From Euryarchaeota archaeon UBA486 (lineage in GTDB: Archaea > Thermoplasmatota > Poseidoniia > Poseidoniales > Poseidoniaceae), in the NCBI GenBank assembly GCA_002497765.1, contig DAET01000046.1:88988-152987 (forward strand): 64,000 nucleotides of DNA, written 5' to 3'. Below are positions 57,223 through 64,000 of the stretch, piece by piece. The first letter of the stretch is position 1. Each line of letters begins with the position of its first letter. Made by a program: the position numbers and the translations under genes. Under the pieces are notes generated by a model. The model saw only the letters and a list, made by a program, of their open reading frames with translations. It had not been told where the DNA came from and did no database searches.

Positions 57223-57765
57223 ATGGCGACCGGAAGCATCGATGTCCGCGTTGAAAACCAACTCGTTCGCTTTGTTTGCCCGACGCCCCTCGACCACGAC
57301 CGTGTGGTCGCTGAGGTCGGTGGTCAACGCAACAGTGGTGTGGTGATCAAAGCGATGGAGCGGCCACGAGCCACCCTCGTCATCGACGAAGAGGGGCGCA
57401 TCGTCGTTCACGGCACCCACCGCGTAGAAGCGGCTCGCGCAGCTGCCAAGGAACTGCTGCTCCGCATGGGCATGGACGACAGTGGGCTGGTCGCCGAGAT
57501 GGGCCCCGTTGTTGTCTCGTTCCAGTTTGAGCAGTCCGTCAACCTCGAAGCCATTCCGGCCTCGCTTCCTTCGGGCTCAGCTGAATACGATGCCCGCCTG
57601 GGATGCACCACGTTGACCGATACGCGCCACAGTTTGACCGTTCAGATTTGGCCCAATGGAAAGTGCGTCGTCGCCGACGCTCGACACCCCAACATGGTCG
57701 CGATGGCTGCCGTCTATTGGAAGGGCGTGTTCGCCGACCAAGGATGGTTCGTGCAACGGATTTGA
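57223..57765 (+). CDS. Divergent TATA-box-binding-protein-fold protein (two TBP-like repeats, 180 aa)
   Basis: Repeat 1 VENQLVRFVC…LVIDEEGRIVVHGTHRVEAARAAAKELLLRMG and repeat 2 VVSFQFEQSVNLEAI…AEYDARLGCTT…LTVQIWPNGKCVVADARH…AVYWKGV follow the TBP repeat pattern (IENIVAS…LIFSSGKxVxTGAKS…A…L). GGAGG SD; start overlaps the upstream stop. Confidence 0.5.
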   Translation: MATGSIDVRVENQLVRFVCPTPLDHDRVVAEVGGQRNSGVVIKAMERPRATLVIDEEGRIVVHGTHRVEAARAAAKELLLRMGMDDSGLVAEMGPVVVSFQFEQSVNLEAIPASLPSGSAEYDARLGCTTLTDTRHSLTVQIWPNGKCVVADARHPNMVAMAAVYWKGVFADQGWFVQRI

Positions 57766-57774
57766 GGGGCTCGC

Positions 57775-58641
57775 ATGGTCTACGACGGTCCGATTTTGGA
57801 CAACCATTTCCACCTCAACCGCCGGGGTCTGTTTCTGGATGCGGCTCGTGCCTTCCAACGGGTCGGCGGAACCGACATCGTGCTGGTTCATTGCCCTGAT
57901 TTCACTGCGCCGCCTGAATCGCTGGCCGGTCACGAAGCGGCATACAGGGACACCGTCGCCATGGCGCAGTCGGTTCGAGATGAGGTTGGCTTGGGCGTTC
58001 GTGTGGTGCTTGGCCCTCACCCAGCGGCCTTTGCTCATCAGTTCGAGCGGTGGGTCGGCGATGAGGGCGCAGCTGGCAAGGAGCGAGCGGTCGAGAATTA
58101 CCGCCACAGCATCGAGGCCGCCCTCGCGTTGGTTCACGAAGGGCACGCCCACGCCATCGGCGAAGTCGGAAGGCCCCACTGGCCTGTGTCCGATGAAATC
58201 TGGGACCTTTCCAATGAATTGCTGGATGAAACCATGCACCTTGCCGCCCAAGAAGGCATTCCCTTGCAACTGCACGTGGAAGGGGAGAGTGAGGACACCT
58301 ACCCCGACCTCGCCAAGCGAGCGCTTCGCCAGGGCATGGATCTGAAAAAACTCGTTCGCCACTATTCGCCCCCAGATGTGCGAACGGAGAACACCCACGG
58401 CCTCACGCCGAGTGTGTTGTGCGGGAAGGGAGCGCTTGACCGGTTGGTGGAGACGCACACGAAAGCCAAACACGGTTTTTTCCTCGAGACCGACTACATG
58501 GACGACCCTAGGCGACCAGGCGCTGTCCTCGGGCCCAAAACCGTGCCAAAGCGAACACAACAATTGCTCGAGGCCGGTGTGGATGAAGAGGTCATGTGGA
58601 ACACCCACAGCGAATTGCCAACTTCGGTGTATGGTGCATGA
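57775..58641 (+). CDS. TatD-related metal-dependent hydrolase (TIM-barrel, COG1099-like)
   Basis: N-terminal …ILDNHFHLN… metal-binding motif; …HAIGEVGRPHW…, …LHVEGES…. Confidence 0.6.
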   Translation: MVYDGPILDNHFHLNRRGLFLDAARAFQRVGGTDIVLVHCPDFTAPPESLAGHEAAYRDTVAMAQSVRDEVGLGVRVVLGPHPAAFAHQFERWVGDEGAAGKERAVENYRHSIEAALALVHEGHAHAIGEVGRPHWPVSDEIWDLSNELLDETMHLAAQEGIPLQLHVEGESEDTYPDLAKRALRQGMDLKKLVRHYSPPDVRTENTHGLTPSVLCGKGALDRLVETHTKAKHGFFLETDYMDDPRRPGAVLGPKTVPKRTQQLLEAGVDEEVMWNTHSELPTSVYGA

Positions 58642-58725
58642 AGGTGGAAGGGGAACGCCATCTTCTTCACCTCAACGCCCCATCACATTCATGAAAGAGA
58701 ATCACCACGTAAGGGCAGGAGGGAG

Positions 58726-59817
58726 ATGTTGATGCGACGCCGATTTGGTTCAATGCTCACAGCGTTGTTGCTGTGTTGCCTCCTCCCGGTTGCCGCTGCG
58801 CAGACACCTACGGCACCTGGCGTTGAAATCGATTGCGATGACAAGCAACCGGAACTTGATGTCCACCCCCTCAACGACCCCGTGGTTGAAATCACCTGCA
58901 CGGTGAAGAACCCCTCCTCGTTTGAGGAAACCATCAGCGTTGAGAAGGAATGGGATGGCCTTGAAGTCGACATGATGCTGGAGGAGGACACCTTCACACT
59001 TGGCCCCGATGAGGAAGAAGACTTCACGGTCACCTTCTCCGGCCAAACCCGCCTTTCTGCTTCACTCTCCTACGACTTCACCCTTTCAGCCACGGTCACC
59101 AACGTCGGCATGTTGGATTGGCCCGAAGCCCTCGCCTCCAATGCCTCCGTGAGCGGCGATCTGAACATCGCCACCTTCGGCATGGTTGATCTCGATGTTT
59201 CGGACAAAAGCACCCGAACCATGGCCGAGGGCGATGAGGTGAAAATCAGCTTCCAGTTCCAGAACAACGGCAACGATGAGGACAAAATTCGAGTGTCCAT
59301 CACCAACGCTGCTGAGTTGGAAGAGGTCGGCTTCTCCTTCCCAGGTGGCACCTTTGTGGCGGAGGACGTGGCAGAGGACGGCGTCTCAACGGTCAGGGAA
59401 TTGTCCGTCCGAGCCCCGTCCGAAATCCTTGAGGACGCTCGCTACCAAGTCACCTTCCAGGCTCAGAGCGAAAACGATGACAAGGCCCCCGTCAGCGAAA
59501 CCAGCATCTCGCTCCAACTCGAAGCCAGCGCTGCAGCCGGTGGCTTGGGTGGTGGCTTGGAGGAAGTGGACAAGGACACCCTCGTCATGTACGGTAGCAT
59601 TGGTGCAGCGGTCTTGTTCGGCTTGATTTTCGTTGTTGCGCTCGCTCGAACGTTGCGTCGTCGTGCCAACGCCCAACCGACCTACGTCCCGCCGGTTGAA
59701 CTTGAGGACGATGAGGTTGATGAGGACGAGGACGGCGAGTTTGATTTCTCTGAACTGGACGATTTGTTCTCCGATGACGAAGAGGATGAGTTCGACGACG
59801 TTTTCGCCGACCTCTGA
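58726..59817 (+). CDS. Secreted/anchored surface protein (363 aa): signal peptide, beta-rich ectodomain, C-terminal TM + RRR + strongly acidic tail
   Basis: N-terminal MLTALLLCCLLPVAAAQT; C-terminal AAVLFGLIFVVALA-RTLRRR then …DDEVDEDEDGEFDFSELDDLFSDDEEDEFDD…. Confidence 0.5.
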   Translation: MLMRRRFGSMLTALLLCCLLPVAAAQTPTAPGVEIDCDDKQPELDVHPLNDPVVEITCTVKNPSSFEETISVEKEWDGLEVDMMLEEDTFTLGPDEEEDFTVTFSGQTRLSASLSYDFTLSATVTNVGMLDWPEALASNASVSGDLNIATFGMVDLDVSDKSTRTMAEGDEVKISFQFQNNGNDEDKIRVSITNAAELEEVGFSFPGGTFVAEDVAEDGVSTVRELSVRAPSEILEDARYQVTFQAQSENDDKAPVSETSISLQLEASAAAGGLGGGLEEVDKDTLVMYGSIGAAVLFGLIFVVALARTLRRRANAQPTYVPPVELEDDEVDEDEDGEFDFSELDDLFSDDEEDEFDDVFADL

Positions 59818-59896
59818 GGGCTAATTTTGGCCGTTCGGCTCAACGCCTCAACTCGGCCGATGTGACACGATTTCATGAGGAACACTCAAAGGCTTG

Positions 59897-59912
59897 GTGT
59901 AGCGCACTACAC
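59897..59912 (+). promoter_or_regulatory. Perfect inverted repeat GTGTAG-CGCA-CTACAC ~20-35 bp upstream of the fabI start (candidate operator)
   Basis: Read directly from sequence. Confidence 0.25.
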
Positions 59913-59934
59913 CTAATCCCCACGGAGGTTTTTC

Positions 59935-60726
59935 ATGCTCGGTCTAGAAGGGAAAACGGCCTTTGTGTTTGGCGTTGCCAGTGAAGATTCGATCGCTTGG
60001 GCGATTTGCAAGCAGTTGGCTGCTGCTGGGGTCACCCTGTATTTGGGGTACCAGAAGCGATTTATGAGCCGTGTGTTCAAGCTCAAGGACCAACTTCCTG
60101 CCATCGGAGGGTTCTATCCGCTCGACGTTGCATCGGACGCAACGACGCAGGAATTCTTCACGGCCTTTGCTGCCGAACACCCTGGCAAAAAAGCCGACAT
60201 TCTGGTTCACGCCATCGGCTTTGCCCCTCGGGCCTGCTTTGACCGGCCGGTCTTGTTTGTCGAGGACGAGGACATCAACACGGCGATGACCATTTCAGCC
60301 AATTCACTGCAACGGTGCCTCAAGCATGCCCTTCCCTACCTCAATCCGGGTTCGTCCACCATCACGTTGACCTACGCTGCTTCCAATCGCTTTGTCCCCA
60401 GCTACGGCATCATGTCCATGGCCAAGGCTGCCCTCGAGTGCTGGACCCGTGAATTGGCCTGTCATCTCGGCCCAGAAGGCCACCGCGTGAACGCCATCTC
60501 ATCGGGTCCCATTCGGACCATCGCCGCCAGTGGTATTCCTGGATTTGACCGCATCCTCGACCATGTTGAGGCCAATGCGCCGCTGCGAAGAAACGTCAGT
60601 CAGGATGACGTCGCAGGTGCCACGCTCTGGCTCGCCAGCCCCCTCGCCGCCGGTGTCACCGGCCAATGCATCTACGTTGATGCGGGGTATTCGATCACGA
60701 TGGTGCCTGAGAGCATCATGAACTGA
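59935..60726 (+). CDS. fabI: Enoyl-[acyl-carrier-protein] reductase, NADH-dependent (FabI; SDR family)
   Basis: …GKTAFVFGVASEDSIAWAI… (FabI-type NAD fold); catalytic …YGIMSMAKAALE… (Y-x6-K); …SSGPIRTIAAS…. GGAGGT SD 7 nt upstream. Confidence 0.8.
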   Translation: MLGLEGKTAFVFGVASEDSIAWAICKQLAAAGVTLYLGYQKRFMSRVFKLKDQLPAIGGFYPLDVASDATTQEFFTAFAAEHPGKKADILVHAIGFAPRACFDRPVLFVEDEDINTAMTISANSLQRCLKHALPYLNPGSSTITLTYAASNRFVPSYGIMSMAKAALECWTRELACHLGPEGHRVNAISSGPIRTIAASGIPGFDRILDHVEANAPLRRNVSQDDVAGATLWLASPLAAGVTGQCIYVDAGYSITMVPESIMN

Positions 60727-60735
60727 GGTGAGACC

Positions 60736-63700
60736 ATGACGTTGACAACCGAAGACGGCAAACCTTGCGAAGGAATTGATCAGGGCCCCTTTGAACCGAT
60801 TGCGGTGATTGGCCTCGGGGCGCTGATGCCCGATGCACATGACATCAATGCCTTTTGGCAGAACATCTTGGACGCCAAGGTCAGCATTCGAACCTTGCCT
60901 GAGGGCCGCTGGCCCGGGCCGGTGGACCATTTTTGGAAAGAAGGTGGACCGGGTGCCCACACCGAGGGGTATTCCTATGCCAAGATCGGAGCGGTGGTCA
61001 GCGATGCGGAGTTTGATTGGCGGCGTTGGCGGCAACCGCCCGGGACGCTTCCACAAATCGACCCGTGCCAACTCTGGGCCGTGACCGTCTCGGCTGACGC
61101 CATTGAGCATGCAGGCTACGATGGTGAAACCAACGACATCGACCGAACCCGAACCGGTGTTGTCTTTGCCAACGCGCTGGGCGGCGAAAACAGGAACTTG
61201 TCCAATCTGCGCGTGTGGTCGCATCACACCGGTGCCGTGGCCAAGGCGCATGGGCTTACAGACGACCAGGTGGAAGCGTTCGCCGAGGCGATGACGGAAG
61301 GGACTCCTCGAATCGATGAAGACACGATGCCCGGAGAACTGGCCAACGTCGTTTCTGGTCGAGTGGCCAACCTGCTCGACTTGCAGGGCCCAAACCACGC
61401 CATGGATGCGGCCTGCGCTTCGTCGATGGCTGCTGTCTTGGATGCGTGCCGTCTTCTCCAAACCCGACAGGTCGACGTCATGCTCGCCGGTGCTTCGGAC
61501 CGGACGATGGACCCGGCCACCTTTGCCAAATTCTCGGCGATCGGTGCACTTTCGCCAACGCACTCCTCGCCGTTCGATGCTCGTGCCAACGGGTTCGTCA
61601 TGGGCGAGGGCGCCGGCGTGCTTGTGCTCAAGCGCCTGAGCGATGCCATCCGGGATAGCGACGAAATCTACAGCGTTATCCGGGGCATTGGCGGCTCGTC
61701 CGACGGACGAGGAAAGGGCATCACGGCGCCCAGTCAGCGAGGCCAAATTCAGGCGATTGCTCGAGCCTACAATCAGGCAGGGTACGATGCCTCCAGCGTG
61801 GAACTCGTGGAAGCCCACGGCACATCCACCAAAGTAGGCGATGCCACGGAACTGTCCACACTCTCTCGGTTGTGGACAGGTGTTGAAGGCGCTGGCAACG
61901 TGGCCGTAGGCTCGATCAAATCCCAAATTGGGCACCTCAAGGCAGCAGCCGGCATCGCTGGCATCATGAAATCGGTCATGGCCTTGCACCACCGAACCAT
62001 CCCTCCCAGTGCGAACTTCGAAACACCCAACCCAACGGTTGATTGGTCCAACATTCCGTTCTTCGTCCCCACCGCTCCTCTCGAATGGCCTCGCCCTTCA
62101 TCGCATCCACGCCGTGCTGGAGTCTCGGCTTTCGGTTTCGGCGGCACGAACTTCCACATCGCTCTGGAAGGCTACGAACCGGACTACCACGCACCCATGG
62201 CGGCGGAGTGGGATGCTCGATGGGCCGCCTACAGTGGCCGGGGGCCTGTTTCTGCCCCGTCCATCTTTGACGGCACCCTTCCAGCCACCATGACCCATGA
62301 TGAACTCAAGGCGGTGGAGGGTGGCGTGCTGCTGTTGTCTGCGCCGTCGCTCGACGCTTTGCAGGCGGCCGTGACCGCCGTTTCCTTCGAAGGGGCGTTG
62401 TTCGATGACGACCCTCGAGGTCGCCGCCTCTCGGAGGCGCTCCAGCAAGCCAGCGCATCGTTCGATCCACAGGCGCCGTTCAGGATGGCCTTGGTGGCGA
62501 CGTCGTGGGCTGAATTTGCCAAGCGGCAAACGCTGGCGGGTCAAGCGATGCTCGATGCAGAGAAGTGGGGCTTTTTGCAAGCCCAAGGCGTACTGATTAC
62601 CGATCAGCCCGCCATGCCGGCCGAAGCGAAAACCGTCCACATGTACCCAGGTCAGGGCAGTCAATACGTCGGCATGACGGCCGATTTGGTTCAACGGTTC
62701 ACCGCACCAGCAGAGGTTTGGCGACAAGCGGATGAGACCATGGTTGAGGTTCTCGGCGGTGAAACGCTCTCCGGATTCGTCCTTCGTTCCTCGTTGACCA
62801 AGGACGAACTCAAGGAAGCAGAGCACAAGCTGAAGCAAACAGAATACACACAACCTGCCATGCTCACGGCGGATTTGGCCATTGAGCGGACGCTTGGCTC
62901 CTTTGGCCACACGCCCGACATGGTTGCCGGTCATTCCCTCGGCGAATACGCTGCCCTGATGTCCTCCGGTATTCTCGACATGGACGGTGCACTTCGTGCT
63001 GCGGCTGCTCGCGGGACGGAGATGGGCGCCGTTGAGATTGATGACAAAGGCCTGATGGCCAGCGTCACCGCTCCGTACGAAGTCGTTGAAGCCGTCCTTG
63101 AGGCGACGGAAGGCTACGTGATTGCAGCCAACAAGAACTCGCCCAAGATGACGGTCATCGCCGGTGAAACAGCGCCGGTCAAGGCAGCGATGGCGAGCTT
63201 TGAGGAGCAGGGCTTCTCCTGCGTGGCCCTGGCCACCTCACATGCGTTCCACTCCAGAATTGTTGCTCCAGCCAACGAACCCCTTCGCCGGTTTTTGGAA
63301 GGTTTGGAGATTCGATGGCCATCGGTCCCCATCACCGCTAACGTTGACGGTGCCTTCTACCCCATGCAAGGGGCTGATTCCAAAGCGGCGATTTTGGAAC
63401 AACTCGCGCCACAAATGGCCTCTTCGGTCGAGTGGACCAAACAGGTTGAAACCATGTACGACGCAGGCGGCCGCGTCTTTGTCGAAGTCGGCCCCAAGCG
63501 TGCGTTGACCATGTTTGCCATGCAGATTCTCGAGGGCAAACCTCACGTCCCCGTGATGACGAACCACCCCAAACAAGGCGGCATTGCAAGCCTGCTGACC
63601 GCCATCGGTGCACTGGCCCTTGCCGGACGCCCACCTGTCTGGCCACCGTTGGATTCGGATGCACTGCAGGACGGGTTCAAAGCCGGCCCGATTGAGGCGC

Positions 63701-64000
63701 GCACTGCTTCCTCACCAACACCTGCGGCTAGCACGGCCGAACTTGAATCACTGCGTGTCCGTGCCCGACCCCTTCCAGGCAGCGGTGCGGCCGCACCGGC
63801 CGTCGCGACCCATGCAGTGGCTGCTGCCACCGTTGTCCAAACCGGTCCGTTGGATTCGGATTATGCACGCGACCGGGCCATTCGTGCCTATGTGGGCGAC
63901 CGCATTGCCGCCTACAGCGGCTATCCGGCTTCCTTCTGCCACGGGCACGTCTCGCTGACCGACGGGCTCGGCCTCTCCCCCCAGCAGGTGCAGAGCGTCG
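60736..64000 (+). CDS. Type I polyketide / PUFA-synthase-like (PfaA/HglE-like) multidomain protein, 3' partial: ketosynthase, linker, acyltransferase, continuing beyond window end
   Basis: Not in the supplied ORF track because no stop lies inside the window; translated by hand from ATG 60736. KS motifs …GPNHAMDAACASSMAAV…, …EAHGTSTKVGD…, …KSQIGHLKAAAG…; PfaA-like …FAKFSAIGALS…PFD…; AT motif …GHSLGEYAAL…. GAGGTGA SD 10 bp after the fabI stop. Confidence 0.8.
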   Translation, partial: MTLTTEDGKPCEGIDQGPFEPIAVIGLGALMPDAHDINAFWQNILDAKVSIRTLPEGRWPGPVDHFWKEGGPGAHTEGYSYAKIGAVVSDAEFDWRRWRQPPGTLPQIDPCQLWAVTVSADAIEHAGYDGETNDIDRTRTGVVFANALGGENRNLSNLRVWSHHTGAVAKAHGLTDDQVEAFAEAMTEGTPRIDEDTMPGELANVVSGRVANLLDLQGPNHAMDAACASSMAAVLDACRLLQTRQVDVMLAGASDRTMDPATFAKFSAIGALSPTHSSPFDARANGFVMGEGAGVLVLKRLSDAIRDSDEIYSVIRGIGGSSDGRGKGITAPSQRGQIQAIARAYNQAGYDASSVELVEAHGTSTKVGDATELSTLSRLWTGVEGAGNVAVGSIKSQIGHLKAAAGIAGIMKSVMALHHRTIPPSANFETPNPTVDWSNIPFFVPTAPLEWPRPSSHPRRAGVSAFGFGGTNFHIALEGYEPDYHAPMAAEWDARWAAYSGRGPVSAPSIFDGTLPATMTHDELKAVEGGVLLLSAPSLDALQAAVTAVSFEGALFDDDPRGRRLSEALQQASASFDPQAPFRMALVATSWAEFAKRQTLAGQAMLDAEKWGFLQAQGVLITDQPAMPAEAKTVHMYPGQGSQYVGMTADLVQRFTAPAEVWRQADETMVEVLGGETLSGFVLRSSLTKDELKEAEHKLKQTEYTQPAMLTADLAIERTLGSFGHTPDMVAGHSLGEYAALMSSGILDMDGALRAAAARGTEMGAVEIDDKGLMASVTAPYEVVEAVLEATEGYVIAANKNSPKMTVIAGETAPVKAAMASFEEQGFSCVALATSHAFHSRIVAPANEPLRRFLEGLEIRWPSVPITANVDGAFYPMQGADSKAAILEQLAPQMASSVEWTKQVETMYDAGGRVFVEVGPKRALTMFAMQILEGKPHVPVMTNHPKQGGIASLLTAIGALALAGRPPVWPPLDSDALQDGFKAGPIEARTASSPTPAASTAELESLRVRARPLPGSGAAAPAVATHAVAAATVVQTGPLDSDYARDRAIRAYVGDRIAAYSGYPASFCHGHVSLTDGLGLSPQQVQSV

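Noticed and set aside
1-64000. CRISPR arrays, IS elements, integrases, prophage genes, rRNA
   Set aside because: No direct-repeat/spacer periodicity, no transposase/integrase-like ORFs and no rRNA-like conserved stretches were seen. The only tRNA is tRNA-Gly at 1032-1106, and no duplicated tRNA 3' fragment (att-like) was noticed nearby

Overview
This is a high-GC (roughly 60%), densely coding chromosomal segment that I read as archaeal. Archaeal markers present are Alba, an Orc1/Cdc6 initiator, the KEOPS Bud32 kinase, a FlaI-type pilus ATPase, a halobacterial-type HTH_10 regulator, archaeal-type PPAT, a 2-phosphoglycerate-kinase-like P-loop protein and a TBP-fold protein. The gene content (many fatty-acid beta-oxidation enzymes, a giant surface protein, high GC) suggests a planktonic heterotrophic euryarchaeon of the Thermoplasmatota / Marine Group II kind; that placement is inference. 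I call one tRNA-Gly(GCC) and about 60 CDS. The housekeeping set includes NadA, ITPase, CrcB, GlpX, MoaC/MoaE, a DhnA-type aldolase, biotin carboxylase, a PfkB kinase and an Mrp/NBP35 ATPase. There are also three enoyl-CoA hydratases, a 3-hydroxyacyl-CoA dehydrogenase, an aldehyde dehydrogenase, a thioesterase and a BoxB-like di-iron oxygenase. The stand-out loci are: (1) a compact Tad-like type IV pilus module (FlaI/TadA-like ATPase, a split TadB/TadC-like platform, two pilin-like genes); (2) a FabI enoyl-ACP reductase coupled to a large PfaA/PUFA-synthase-like type I PKS (KS-AT...) that runs off the window end, unusual for an archaeon; (3) a lower-GC islet with a bacterial NaChBac-type sodium channel (TLESWS filter) beside an AT-rich divergent promoter region and an 835-aa wHTH protein; (4) a 1956-aa surface protein co-directional with a divergent TBP-fold protein, a TatD-like hydrolase and a secreted acidic-tailed protein; (5) a candidate SRP (7S) RNA in a 340-bp non-coding gap; (6) an Orc1/Cdc6 gene with a candidate origin region upstream. 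No CRISPR array, rRNA, IS element or prophage was recognised. Many antisense ORFs in the six-frame track are high-GC artefacts and were not called.
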